A stretch of DNA of 63,138 nucleotides, the filler included, from Octopus bimaculoides (lineage: Eukaryota): the NCBI RefSeq assembly GCF_001194135.2. It is 7 parts of 7 records of this genome, joined end to end, with 100 filler letters (N's around TTAATTAATTAA, not from the genome) between each part and the next. Parts side by side here need not be neighbours in the genome. Positions count along the whole stretch, not along the records: positions 18,738 to 39,374 come from NC_068991.1; 6 more parts are not named here. The stretch is one strand, 5' to 3'. Shown in pieces: positions 23,677 to 37,191 of this stretch; the stretch's first letter is position 1, and each line of letters starts with the position of its first letter. Under the pieces are notes generated by a model that saw nothing but the letters and a program-made list of their open reading frames with translations, had not been told where the DNA came from and did no database searches. The position numbers were made by a program, and so were the translations under genes.

Positions 23677-26112
23677 ATAATAAAAGGAACAAATATTATA
23701 AAGCTAATTGACTGAAAGTTGTTGTTGTTGTTCTTCTTCTTCTCTTTCTCCTTCTCCTTCTTCTCCTTCTTCTTCTCCTTTAGGCCCTCGATCACTCAGG
23801 GAGTTCCAGATGTGACCATCTATTCTTTCTTCAGTACTTTTTTTACTTCAAACACAGTATAATTAAGACTACATTATGCAATGTGGCATCTCTTTACAAC
23901 AAAACAAACTGGCCAGTACGTTCTCAGAATCCTTCTCAAACACTTTTTGAGAGGAACACATCGAGCTCTCTGTCGAATATCACCGCACTCTTCCATGCCT
24001 CACTGTAGACAGTTCCGTTAATTGAACGCCGGAAGTACTCTCCGTCGAAACAGTTGCTAGATTCTTCTACTATATTTGTGTGGTGGGCCAGGAACGAGAA
24101 TTAATGAAATGTTGTCTGGATCTAAGACAAAGAGAAAGAGTTGAGAGAGAGAGAATGTGAAAGAGAGGTAGTCGTATCATACTCATGCCTTTTCCAATTG
24201 GGATTAACAACGTTACTAGAGAGGTTTCAACAGCGGATCTAAACTGTGCTGGTGGGGTGGGGGGGTGATTAAGTAGAATCTCTTCCAAGGTCAGATTTGT
24301 CTTTCATCTTTCCAGGGTTGGTAAGTAAAGAAGCAACTTACGGTGGGCAAAGAGAGTCATTAAATCGTCAGAGAGCAAAACCTGTTTTTGTGTTGTTATT
24401 TCCTTGTTTTCACATCCTATTCTGATCTAATTCANNNNNNNNNNNNNNNNNNNNNNNNNNNNNNNNNNNNNNNNNNNNNNNNNNNNNNNNNNNNNNNNNN
24501 NNNNNNNNNNNNNNNNNNNNNNNNNNNNNNNNNNNNNNNNNNNNNNNNNNNNNNNNNNNNNNNNNNNNNNNNNNNNNNNNNNNNNNNNNNNNNNNNNNNN
24601 NNNNNNNNNNNNNNNNNNNNNNNNNNNNNNNNNNNNNNNNNNNNNNNNNNNNNNNNNNNNNNNNNNNNNNNNNNNNNNNNNNNNNNNNNNNNNNNNNNNN
24701 NNNNNNNNNNNNNNNNNNNNNNNNNNNNNNNNNNNNNNNNNNNNNNNNNNNNNNNNNNNNNNNNNNNNNNNNNNNNNNNNNNNNNNNNNNNNNNNNNNNN
24801 TATATATATATATATATATATAGGTAATGAGAGGGATAGGGCATAGAGACAGATGTTTATATAGACAAGCAAATTGATTTATGGCTACATGCGTTTTAAG
24901 TACATGCGTATATACACACATACACACACCCCCACATATACATATATATATATGCATGTGATTTTGTATGTATGTATGTATGTATGTATGTATGTATGTA
25001 TAATAGATAGATTGAGAGATAGATGTCGACAAAAGTTAATATAATATATTGCCGAGTTCAGTCTATAGATCTGCCGATTCCATGACCAGAAAGAAATCCG
25101 TCAAAGCTGTGTCGGCATGATTTCAATTTCTTTGATAAGTCCCAACTGTTTATAGAAGTTCCGATACACGAGGGAATCGGTTTCGCGCTTCACTCCACCC
25201 GTCTTAATACTTGGCGCCCACCCAAAACGCAATTCATCTGATACAAATGAGATATTTACACACTTTTTCATAATGTCTTCGCAATAGCTTGCTGCAATTT
25301 CGCCAGCTAGACATCAACACAGACAGCGGCGCTTAACACAGCCGCGCACTCACATGTATACGCAAGCACAAGCACCTCACACACACACATAAACACACAC
25401 ACAAGCACATACACACACACACACACGTACACACTTCCGCGGACGTACATACGTCGTCGTCGTGTGATGATGTTAGTGATGTTAGTGGTGGTAGTGTATG
25501 TGGTAGTGGTGGTGATGGTGATGGTGGTGGTGGTGATGGTGGTGGTGAGGATGGTGGTGGTGGTGTATGCGGTAGTGGTGATGGTAGTGGTGGTGATGGT
25601 GGTGGCGATGGTGATTGTNNNNNNNNNNNNNNNNNNNNNNNNNNNNNNNNNNNNNNNNNNNNNNNNNNNNNNNNNNNNNNNNNNNNNNNNNNNNNNNNNN
25701 NNNNNNNNNNNNNNNNNNNNNNNNNNNNNNNNNNNNNNNNNNNNNNNNNNNNNNNNNNNNNNNNNNNNNNNNNNNNNNNNNNNNNNNNNNNNNNNNNNNN
25801 NNNNNNNNNNNNNNNNNNNNNNNNNNNNNNNNNNNNNNNNNNNNNNNNNNNNNNNNNNNNNNNNNNNNNNNNNNNNNNNNNNNNNNNNNNNNNNNNNNNN
25901 NNNNNNNNNNNNNNNNNNNNNNNNNNNNNNNNNNNNNNNNNNNNNNNNNNNNNNNNNNNNNNNNNNNNNNNNNNNNNNNNNNNNNNNNNNNNNNNNNNNN
26001 NNNNNNNNNNNNNNNNNNNNNNNNNNNNNNNNNNNNNNNNNNNNNNNNNNNNNNNNNNNNNNNNNNNNNNNNNNNNNNNNNNNNNNNNNNNNNNNTATAT
26101 ATATATATATAT

Positions 26113-26378
26113 GTAAATGGCTGTATGATAAGAAGCTTGCTTCCCAATCACATGGTTCCGGGTTCTGTCCTACTTTATCATACCTTGGGTCGACCAAAGC
26201 CTTGTGAATGGATTTGGTAGATGGAAACTGAAAGAAGCCTGTCATATATATATATAAAAGTGACCGATAGAATAAATATTAGGCTTACGAAGAATAAGTC
26301 CTGGGGTCGATTTTTTCGACTAAAGGCGATGCTGCAGCATGGCCGCAGTCAAATGACTGAAACAAAGAATAAAAGAAT
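26113..26378 (+). mobile_element. SINE family A with two internal deletions
   Basis: head, partial core and full tail present. Confidence 0.85.
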
Positions 26379-26393
26379 ATATATGTATGTATT

Positions 26394-26566
26394 AAGGCGC
26401 GAAGCTAGCAGCAGCCGGACAAATACTGTTCTGAGTTCAAGTTCCGCCGAGGACGACGTTGTTCTTTCATCCTTTCGGGGTCGATAAAATAAATACCACC
26501 GGGCTCGTGGTTGGGGTCGATGTACTCCTACCCCTTAACTGCTGGCTTTGTGACAAAATTTAAAAT
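26394..26566 (+). mobile_element. SINE family B copy
   Basis: ttctgagttcaagttccgccgagg..ctttcatcctttcggggtcgataaaa. Confidence 0.85.
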
Positions 26567-27091
26567 CGATATGTATGCAGGGGCGGACCCAAGGTGGAGC
26601 CTAAGGGGCATGTGTACCTCTAAAAAAAGAAGCGCACCCTTCGAAATAATGTTATTACGCCCTTTTCTCTTGGAATTATATTCCTTTCTGACCTTTGCCC
26701 TTTCTTCGAAACCTTCCAGGGACCACACCTCATGAGTATGTGTTTTGTACGATGAATGAACGTTACTTTATGTAAGATTCCATACAAAACGTAGAATAAA
26801 TAAATAAATTTATTAAATGACTCTGATATGGTTGAAGATTACATTCAGGAATTCTGAATTTCTGTGCAACCAACTTAATGAATGCTGCACTTCATTAGCT
26901 TCTGCAAGTTTAATGCATGTTTATTGCATTCCCAGCACAGAAGTTAATTTTGGTGATAACTAAAATTTCGACACTAAATTCTCGATCGTTGCTCTAACGG
27001 GAGCAACTCATTTAGACTCGACTGTAAGATTCTGTGTTTATATGGACGCTAATATACCATTGATAGACAGCTAATGAGACAGACAAATAGT

Positions 27092-27162
<71 letters not shown>

Positions 27163-27165
<3 letters not shown>

Positions 27166-27383
27166 TGGTGAGCTGGCAGAAACGTTAGCACGCCGTTAGC
27201 AGTGTTTCATCTGTCGCTACATTCTGAGTTCAAATTCTGCTGAGGTCGACTTTGCCTTTTATCCTTTCGAGGTCGATAAATTAAGTGCCAGTTAATCACT
27301 GGGGTCGATATAATCGACTTAATCCGTTTGTCTGTCCTTGTTTGTCCCTTTTGTGTGTAGTCCCTTGTGGGTAGTAAAGAAAT

Positions 27384-27385
<2 letters not shown>
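27163..27385 (+). mobile_element. SINE family B full length, between (AG)n and (GATA)n
   Basis: ggtggtgagctggcagaaacgttagc...tttgtccc..gtgggtagtaaagaaata. Confidence 0.9.
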
Positions 27386-27416
<31 letters not shown>

Positions 27417-27687
27417 TGATTGATAGATAGATAGGTGGTTTCCGCTGATGGGCGTCTTATTCTTGGTTCAGACAATATGTACTAGGACTACACTATCCAA
27501 TGTGTCCTTCTAGCCTCAACGTAGAGACAGACTTCCTTGTTAGTCTATATTGCTTGTGATTATGGCGATGCATGTGCCACCATCTACTGTATAAAGGTGA
27601 GGATAATGTTTGTAGATGTTTTGTGATTTTACGAAGGTAGTTCATTCAAATCCATCCATTGAATTAAGTCCCCTTAAAATCTCCTGT

Positions 27688-27751
<64 letters not shown>

Positions 27752-28190
27752 TAAGAGAGAGAGAGAGGGGATGAGCTACAGAGAGCACGAAAGAAAGAGA
27801 GAGGGAGAGACTGAGAGACATTGAGAGAGATTTGTTTTGTCTCGTAGGTTTATTTCTCGTTGATTTTATTCGTTGCTATTCATGTTATAAATATTAAACC
27901 GTTTTCTGTAATATTTCTTTTTCGTTCATCCTTTCATTCTTTCATTCGTACATTCATTCTATCTTTCTTTCTGACTTGCTTTTCTCATTTCTTTTCTTTC
28001 GTTCTTTTTTTTCTTTTGCTATCTATCTCTGTCTCTTCCTCTTTCTATCTCCCTCTTTTCTATTTCTCCCTTCTGAAAGTGAATAAGCGATATAGAGAGG
28101 AATGAAAACCTGGTCCCTTATAAATGAGAGACAGACAAAGTGAGATCAAGTTCGTGGTAAGTACATTACTTTCTCTCCATTGACTCAGCA

Positions 28191-28487
28191 CAGTGATTCT
28201 CAACCGCAGTGTATGTGATCTTTAAGAGTCCGGGCGATTCGTGGTGGGGGGTGGGGGTGGGTCCATATGACTCTTGTGGTTCCATGTAGAATTTTATTCT
28301 TAAGATTTCTGTGCAATAAATCGGTTGCACTTCTACAATACGTAAACTGTTTTAACATATTTTTTATACAATTCTTAATAATATTTAATTATAACAACAA
28401 GAATTTTTTTAGACATCAAATGGTTATTAGAGTCCAGAAGTAAGAATAAAAGGGGTCCAGAAGTAAGAAAATGGTTGAGAACCCCTG
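28191..28487. mobile_element. hAT (Charlie-like) MITE, 297 bp
   Basis: TIRs CAGTGATTCTCAACC and GGTTGAGAACCCCTG; degenerate 8-bp TSD actcagca/ttttagca. Confidence 0.8.
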
Positions 28488-28794
28488 TTTTAGCAAAAAC
28501 CTGAATAAATCTGCTTCGCTAAGGAGATCTAAAAAGCCTGGAACATGTCCTAAGTTTCCATAGATCTTCCCTTCACTACTAAAACATGTATCCCATTACA
28601 TATCGTATTTCATTGTACTTCGCAAAAAAGGTAACTGGTGTAATTATTTTTAGTAGCTCCCTTCCTAGTGATTGGTTTTGTTAATCACTATTCAGCAATA
28701 TTTACCTCTCCTTCACAGAGGAGTGGTCTTAATTAATGAAACCACCCCTACCGCCCACTACCACCCCCACCACATTAAGTATGTTAGAACGTAC

Positions 28795-28971
28795 TTCATT
28801 ATTTGGCGTTTCATATTCTTCATTGCGTGGTGATGAAAACTGCCATCCATGGGGTCCCCAGTTTTTTGGAAATACTCATTAAGTAGTCCCGGAGAAAATC
28901 CCGGGTTGCACATTGGCAAGGTATACCACCCATTAGCCACCATATCAGGGTCACGGTGAAATCCTGAAGCC
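28795..28971 (-). CDS. Putative internal coding exon (177 bp, phase 2-2), product unknown
   Basis: acceptor aatttccgcacttttcag|G, donor AA|gtacgt, and only one open frame: ASGFHRDPDMVANGWYTLPMCNPGFSPGLLNEYFQKTGDPMDGSFHHHAMKNMKRQIM; complex unique sequence; no family recognised. Confidence 0.55.
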
Positions 28972-29776
28972 CTGAAAAGTGCGGAAATTATCATTGGAAT
29001 ATTTTGTCTTTAAATTTCTTCCCTTTTCGCCGAACAAATTATAATTTTATTAATCTTGGTCTGGAAAACCCGTCAGTTTGACTGTCACTGCAATCGTCTG
29101 TGGGACCGGCGACCATAGAGGAGAAATTAGCAATCGAAAGACAAAGATTGTTTATTAGTGTTTGTAACTGAATGGCAAACGAGTGTCTTGGAATGAGTGA
29201 TAAATTTAACTAGTTTAATTTAAAAGATTAATTAACTATCGCTGCTGCAGAAGTTGTCTCGAATTTAATTATAATGGCCGCATACTGCAGCACTATAATC
29301 GTATTTAGTCGAAAATCTTTAAGACACGGTTTTCCTATAGAAGGGAGAGCGAGAATGATGTGTGTGAGAGAGAGAGAAAGACAGAAAGAGAGAGAGGGGG
29401 AGAGAGAGAGAACATGAAACGGAGGCAAACGATTGTCTGCAATGGTCTAAATCCTAAAATATATTCGTCTCTGATCATTTACCATTCAAAGAATTCCTTT
29501 ATCCATTTAGTAAAAGTCACTGCGCAAACCACAAGCCTTTCTCGCCCTTAGTAATATAAACTCAATAGACTCGTTTTATTTGCTCTCTTTTGATACATAA
29601 ATATGTGTGCGCATGCGCACGCTCGCGCGTGTGTGTGTATATGTGTTCACTTATTTTCGTAGTATGCGTATGAGTCATTATCTGTCTGTTTGTCGATGCT
29701 TTAAAGCTCAGTGGTATAAATGCCTGCATTATATTCGTTAGTGTCATAGGAGTGACTCGAAACAACGTTTGTATTT

Positions 29777-29968
29777 CTTTTATCTTTTACTTGTTTCAAT
29801 CATTTGAACGGGGCCATGCTGGGGCACTACCTTAAAGGGTTTTAGGCAGACATATTGCCCCCAGTATTTATGCTTACTTTTTTAAGTTTGGTAATTATGC
29901 TATCGGTAGTTTTTTGCCGAAACGCTATGTTATGGGGACATAAACAAACCGGCCTCTCTAAAGTGGTG
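29777..29968 (-). mobile_element. SINE family A 3' half, diverged
   Basis: cttttacttgtttcaatcatttg..gccatgctggggcac..tttttgccgaaacgct. Confidence 0.75.
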
Positions 29969-30499
29969 GCATATGAAACAAATATATCACACAACGATGG
30001 TATTCAGCAATTCAGATGAATTAAAGGGCGCTTATAAAGAACCCCTAAAGACACATATAACCAACACCTACATACATTTTGAGGAAGAGTTAAAATCAAT
30101 CCTACATTTTTATCTCAATACGTCTTAAAATTAAGGACGACATATTTTGATTATTCTATTTTCTGATATCAAACTTATTTTTACTCGAAATCACCAAAGT
30201 ATGGTCCATTGGCCATTTTTAGAGTTAGAACACTGAGGATTAACATAACTTCCACAAGAAATATGCAGCGTATATTTTAGAAAGTAAATAAAGAACGATA
30301 ATAGGTAATATAATGAGGTGCTAATATAAGTGATAGCAATAAAATAAGGTGTGATGGTAATAAAGAAACTAATAAAACTATGTAAAATGAGATGGTCATA
30401 AAAAGAGCCGATAAAAACATTACGATAAGGAAAACACTAATATTAGACCAAGTACTTATTAACCCTAAATTCAAAGAAATCATGATAATATCCTGCAGG

Positions 30500-31745
30500 C
30501 GAAGAATGGAGAGAGGGAGAGGGGGTGTGTTTCTTCCACAAATCAAGTATTGTGGGTGGGTAAAGATTTGTTCGTGGAAATCGTAGCGTTTCTGAGAGAT
30601 AACCGGAAAGTACGAATAAGATTTACTAAATTTGATAAACCGAGCTCTGGTGAAAATTGTGGAACTGGTGGAGCCAGGGAATGAAGTCCAACTGAAAACG
30701 GTCTCTGAGAGTCACAGTAAATAGAACAAGTCTGCAATATTCTGTTGATGACAGGTCCGTTGTAAGAACATAAAGAACTCATCAACTGTCTCTTCGACTG
30801 TCTCTTCGACTTCATTTTTGGATTGAGTTGGCTGTTGTAGAGAGACGATAGAGTTCAGATGTTAGGAACTTGTCCCGGGGATAGAACGAGTCTGCCATTC
30901 TAAGTGACACCCTGATAACATAAGTAATATGAAAGTCCAATCTCAAATCAGGTGAGAATTTAAGACGTATGTGCATTAAAGGAGACAATTTTCAAGCTGC
31001 CATCCATTGAAATAAAATCAGATGTAGGTTTTCGTGATATAGGTTTTGGAGTCATTAAATATATAAACCTATTTATTTTCCATTTCACGAAATTAGATAA
31101 CTAAAAGTATTTCCCATTAAACACAGGTATGTGACGTTCTTAAAAACAAGGTTACAAGTTCGATATTCCTCGCAAATATATTAATGTAGGAATCTTATAA
31201 TTTTGTCCGGTAAATAATACAGAAAGACTGTAGTTTCCTCTGCAAATATCTCGGTCATCGCCGAATTGATGTTATAAATATCAAGGAATTGACCGCTGAC
31301 GACAAAACTTTTTCCCGTTATGTATGATTTGATGATGGTAAAGACACTGCCAAATATGCCATATATAGTCTGTTTACGAAGCAATCATATATGCCAGTGC
31401 TTCTCAAAATGTTTTACCTATTGTCTTTTTTCTCTTACTAACAATTCTTCAAATCCCCCCCTGCAACAATCTAATGCTTCTCTGCATTTGTGTTTTACAT
31501 ACTCATAATAGCAGAACACGTGACTACCACGGGACTATTCTGCCATTAGCGAATATTCGATGCATCATCACTTGCTCCTAGTTATTAATCTAGTCTTTGC
31601 TACGTGCTTCCGGACAAACTCTAGTTCCTCTTCATTCTTGGAAGCCTGAATGCCTTTAGCGGACTCTAAATTTGAGGATATTTCCCAGCAGGCCTTCACA
31701 AAGAGATGATAAAACCTCTCGTAGATATCAGCTAAGATTTATCGT
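30500..31745 (-). mobile_element. Old CR1/L2-superfamily LINE RT remnant
   Basis: degenerate minus-strand peptides in RT order: ILADIYERFYHLF, KTF(E)KHWH..LLRKQTIYGIFGSVFTIIKSYITGKSFVV, YLPD..SYINIFA, SPDLR..FHIT, KFLTSE.L. Confidence 0.62.
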
Positions 31746-32656
31746 TCCATTTTGACTTATAACTGCATTTTCTACCTGTTTACACATATACACATACACA
31801 CGCACGCACGCACGCCCACACGTGCTGATTTTTTATACCAACATGAAAATTTACGTCTCTTTATACTATTGGAGAGATCAAAGGATGAATAGATGACGTT
31901 CATAACTAGAAACAAGTAGCATTAAGATATATGTGCATTCATATGCACACGCAAACCAAGACGTTTCCCAAATCTACAAGTGCAGAGGCTGACTTTATTG
32001 CATGTATGGAAATAACAACGAATTTTGATAATATCATTTAATTAATATTTTACTTTTGTTTATAATTTATCAGCATAGTTGGTATCGCTTTTTATTTTAT
32101 TTCTAAGGCTTTATAGTGAACTTATTTTCGGGAAAAGTTTGTCTATTATTTCTGACAGATCAAGCAATTGTATAGAGCTTTCCTCCAAGCAAGGGTTAAA
32201 GTGAAAGATGCTGCTGTTGTTGTTGTCATTGTTGTGGTTGCTGTTATTGCTGATGTTAGTATTGTTTTTGTCGTTGTTGTTGCTGTTGTTCTTGTCTCAC
32301 AGACAATATTTCACTGTGTGTTCCTCATAATTCTTTAATTGAAAATCTTTTCGTTTTCTGTTTCTTTCCAGAACCATTAATTGCATTCGACATCATTCCA
32401 AGAGGGATTACCGAGCCTTGTTAATCGACAAATCCTACGGGACTGGTGAACTAGAACAATTCATAACAACACACACACACACACATACATCCAAACACAA
32501 GCACTAATACTACATCTATATGCATATGAGCATATAAAGACACCGACATATATAAATATATGAATACATATATATTTATATATGCATACTTACATATGTA
32601 TATATATTTGTATATATACACATATGTATATATACATTATATATATATAAATGTAC

Positions 32657-32731
<75 letters not shown>

Positions 32732-33033
32732 AATGTTTTAATGTATATATTTTTGTGTGTGAATGTGTCTGTGTAAGCGTGAGTGTATCGCAACGTATGA
32801 ATGTATACAACATGGCATGATGATTTAGCAGCTACAGTACATTATATATTTACAAGTTGAGAGCAATATAGCGCTAGGATACTACTGTAGTATCAATAAA
32901 TCGTTTGGAAAACACGGATAACAGACATATATTATGTGAAAAGATGAGCTCTTGGTGATGTGTTAGGGTAAAGACAGTCAGAGAGAACGTGGATACTCCC
33001 ATATACACACACACACATTTATATATGTGTGTA

Positions 33034-33123
<90 letters not shown>

Positions 33124-33645
33124 TGTGCAGCTGTGTATACATAGAATGTATCATCTTTGCTTATATTCAATATGAAGTCCTCTAGGTAGCTCAAGGTATA
33201 CATTTGTGTTAAGAATATGCTATATATATATATATGTGTGTGTGTCTGTGTGTATGTTTCATTGTATATATATATGTACATATATACACACATACACACA
33301 CACATGCATATATTTTAAATATACATACATACATATAAATATNNNNNNNNNNNNNNNNNNNNNNNNNNNNNNNNNNNNNNNNNNNNNNNNNNNNNNNNNN
33401 NNNNNNNNNNNNNNNNNNNNNNNNNNNNNNNNNNNNNNNNNNNNNNNNNNNNNNNNNNNNNNNNNNNNNNNNNNGTGAGGTGAACAAGGGTGAATGATTT
33501 AAACATGCAGCACTTGTAATGAAATAGAATATTTGAAATAACAATCCGTTATAAACAAATCATCGTTGTCATCATCATTATTATAATATACAATGTTTAT
33601 TAACGTTATACAAATTTGTAGATACACACACACACACACACATAC

Positions 33646-33682
<37 letters not shown>

Positions 33683-33761
33683 ATGAAGGACAGACTGATT
33701 GTCGTATATACACTGACAGAGAGACAGGAGAGCTCCATTATCCATATGTAGATAGAGAGAC

Positions 33762-33814
<53 letters not shown>

Positions 33815-33829
33815 GAAAGAGACAGACAC

Positions 33830-33876
<47 letters not shown>

Positions 33877-33879
<3 letters not shown>

Positions 33880-34345
33880 GCGCGTCATACATACATTTGT
33901 GGTTGTCCGTCAAGATCCAATATGGCGTCCACTTTTCTAACGGTGTGATCTTTGATGGTTGACCAATTTCTACTGTAGACCCTCTAGCTTTATTACATGT
34001 GAGGAAAACAGGAGGTAGCAATTATTGCAACATCTCTCCTTGTTACCTCTGCATACATTTGGCTCTGTTACATCTTCAGCTAAGGAACACTCATCGGAAC
34101 TGAGCTGTCTCCAAGAGAAACAATCAGCAGCAGCACCCATCATGACTTCAGGCTTGATCTTCGATATCTTAACTGCGATTTTCATCTCATCCATAGAGTG
34201 CTTCTTCTGCTTTCCTGCTCAGGGTCGATCTTGGTGGAGCTGGTTGTATACCAATTTGTGGGAGAGTCGACTTGGAGCTAATCCAAATACACACGTCCAA
34301 CAGCTGACAAAAACGTCATTAAGATAACACTTTTCCATGCAGCAT
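33877..34345 (-). mobile_element. RTE-clade LINE 3' end remnant
   Basis: SRLSHKLVYNQLHQDRP.AGKQKKH..DEMK..VK..KIKPE..AAADCFSWRQL, LPPVFLTC..EIG..NHQRSHR*; 3'UTR ends GACGGACAACCAC followed by an ATGT tail. Confidence 0.78.
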
Positions 34346-35048
34346 TATTTTCATGTATTTTCATGTGAAAACAATATGTAAGGCTCTCAGTAAGAAAGCA
34401 TGTCCTGAAACAAATACAATGACTACATCTGTCTCAACGCAAGAAATATTGGCGGGACATTCTCGTCAAAATTTCCGTCAAGTTCAAACACAACAGGCCT
34501 GATAGTGATGTTTGAGAAAAATATGGATATTTGTATAAACTTGGAGAAGTTAGCCACCTAAAAATGTGAAACTCTCTTTGAAAATTGTTGAATTATTATC
34601 TCAATTTTAAGTGAAATATCTTTAATTTTTCGTGCACTCGACAATAATATTCAATTTCCATGTGATAATCTCGTAAAAATTTAGGCACTTTCAAACAAAG
34701 AACGTGACCAGTTAGTAACAGACTTTACAAATACAGTTTCAAATTTAAAGAATATAAATATGCAAGACTTTTCTAAAGTCCAACATGTAACACATCGTTT
34801 TTGTTATACAAATTTCAATGATGAGCTTTTTGTTTCTGTTTTAGAAACCAGTATCTTCCTTATAGGAAGAATTGAAATAATTAAACAGGAAGATAACAGA
34901 TATACATCTCTACATACATTGATCTTCATTCAAGGCAAATGTAGACGGGACTCTTTTTGTGAGAAAGCAACTCCTTCTTTATAGGAAGAATTCAAACTAT
35001 TAGAAGTTAAGTTGTATACATTAAATAGATAGATAGATAGATAGATAC

Positions 35049-35113
<65 letters not shown>

Positions 35114-35332
35114 CAGAGAATAAGTAGTATTAATCATGATACCAATAAGCGTTATAAGGTAAATTAATAATGGAATTTTCGGGATCACAGTTGCATTATG
35201 TGTTTCATTTAGTCATCCTATATGCGTAATGAAACATTAAATCTGTTAAGTTTGTGCGAACGTACTGTAAAGCAAAGAGCATTAAAAATGAATTAGGAAT
35301 ATTCTAGAAGAATATAAGATAGAAATGTTTAC

Positions 35333-35532
35333 TTGATAAATATTAAAATCCGCAAATGAACAAAGGAATGATAAAAGGCAAAGTCACGGAAGAGATTAAA
35401 ACGAAATCTTTGATACTGCAAAAAACGTTTTATCCATGCTCTGTCCACCGATTCTGCCAAATTATCGTCCAAACCAAAGAAGAATATTTTGAGGTTTCTG
35501 GCATGTATGGGTGCCAGGTTCTTAGAAGCCAT
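35333..35532 (-). CDS. Possible first coding exon, phase-compatible with 28795-28971
   Basis: aggATGG start, 66 open codons (MASKNLAPIHARNLK...), donor AA|gtaaac in phase 2, upstream acceptor tttgcag|g at 35590; peptide not recognised. Confidence 0.25.
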
Positions 35533-35914
35533 CCTTCCTCAATCGTACGAGCCGAAATATTGATGCAAAATCACTATATAAATTTCAAGCCTGCAAATTT
35601 GTAGGCGTAAGAGAATATGCTTAACTATAAATTAAGGCAGAGGCGTTATGTTCGAAACGATAAGTTAGTGTTAACGCATTTAAGTGACGAAGTGTTATAT
35701 ATGTGATAAAGAACAAAATCTGTTATTAATCGAGTTGTAATTACATGAAAACTTGAATGATGTAATGATAATTTTGATGTTTAATATCACAATAAGTATT
35801 ATTATTATTATTATTATCATCATTGTTATATGAAAACTTACAGTTTATTTTGCTGGGTATTAGGAAAAGTGTCAGATGTCCACAGCCAATTATTATTATT
35901 ACTATTATTATTAC

Positions 35915-35971
<57 letters not shown>

Positions 35972-36000
35972 TGNNNNNNNNNNATTACTATTATTATTAC

Positions 36001-36057
<57 letters not shown>

Positions 36058-36196
36058 CATCAATGTTAGTAAAACTTTCAGTGGTATTAGCTTAGTAATT
36101 AGTAATACGACAACACGTATTATTCCTTAGATAATCACAATAAATTAGATACATTACATTGAATGGGCTCTCAAAAAGACGCGTTATAATGGAAAA

Positions 36197-36239
36197 TGAC
36201 GACGACGACAACGACGACGACGATGACGATGATGACGAC

Positions 36240-36309
<70 letters not shown>

Positions 36310-36310
36310 T
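36197..36310. repeat. (GAC)n/(GAT)n compound microsatellite
   Basis: direct. Confidence 0.92.
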
Positions 36311-37156
36311 TTATGACACTGATAAGGATGCAAAGGGTGAATGGAGTAACGCAGTAAAATATTACTATCGCGATAATAGTGGTGATGCTGATACATAATG
36401 ATAACAATAAGAAGAAAAATAACAACACTAATAATAACAATAAATCCAATAACAACTACAACAACAGCAACAACAACAACAACAGCGACAATAGAACAAT
36501 AATACCAATATTAATAATAATATTCATAATAATTATTATTCATAGCGAAAAAATACATGAACTATAAAAAAAATGTATTTATATGAAAAAACATGAATTC
36601 ACACAAAAAAGGAAAATGCAATTCTTTGGTCTCACGAAGAAGGAAAGAAAATGGTAAATTGGAAAAGAAATCAATGTCATCTGACAAAACGGTTGATTTG
36701 ATTTGATTTTTTTATTGTTTTTGAAGGGAGAAGAAAAGGGGCTGTTTGTGTTTGAGAAAGGACGACATTAGAGGACAAATGAAGAAAAGAAAATAGAATA
36801 TTAATATAATAAGAGAACAATGAAAAAAATATATATATATTCAGAGGAAAAAAAAATAACAATACGGAGAGAGAAAAAAAAGAGTGTAAAGGAAAAGATA
36901 AGAGCTTATGAAATTGTTTGTGCGCATGAGCGGAAATGTTTGTGTATGGGTCTCGGGTGTGAGTGTGTGTATGTGTTTGTGGGTATGCTTGAGTGTGTAT
37001 GTGTCTGTGTGTGATAAGGATAAAAATATAAAGAAATAAAGAAGGTGTAAAGAAATACGCAAATATAATGTGCTTGATAATGTTATATTGCCAAAGATAT
37101 CGCTTACGATATGTTGTTTTTTTTTCTCTCGAGGGAAATATGTATATATATATACA

Positions 37157-37191
<35 letters not shown>

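Noticed and set aside
25055-25310. ~70-codon open stretch on the minus strand as the next exon after 28795
   Set aside because: The good acceptor is in phase 1 rather than the required phase 2, and the peptide is unrecognised.
26578-26620. Harbinger-like terminal sequence (caggggcggaccc...)
   Set aside because: No matching second TIR or TSD was found.
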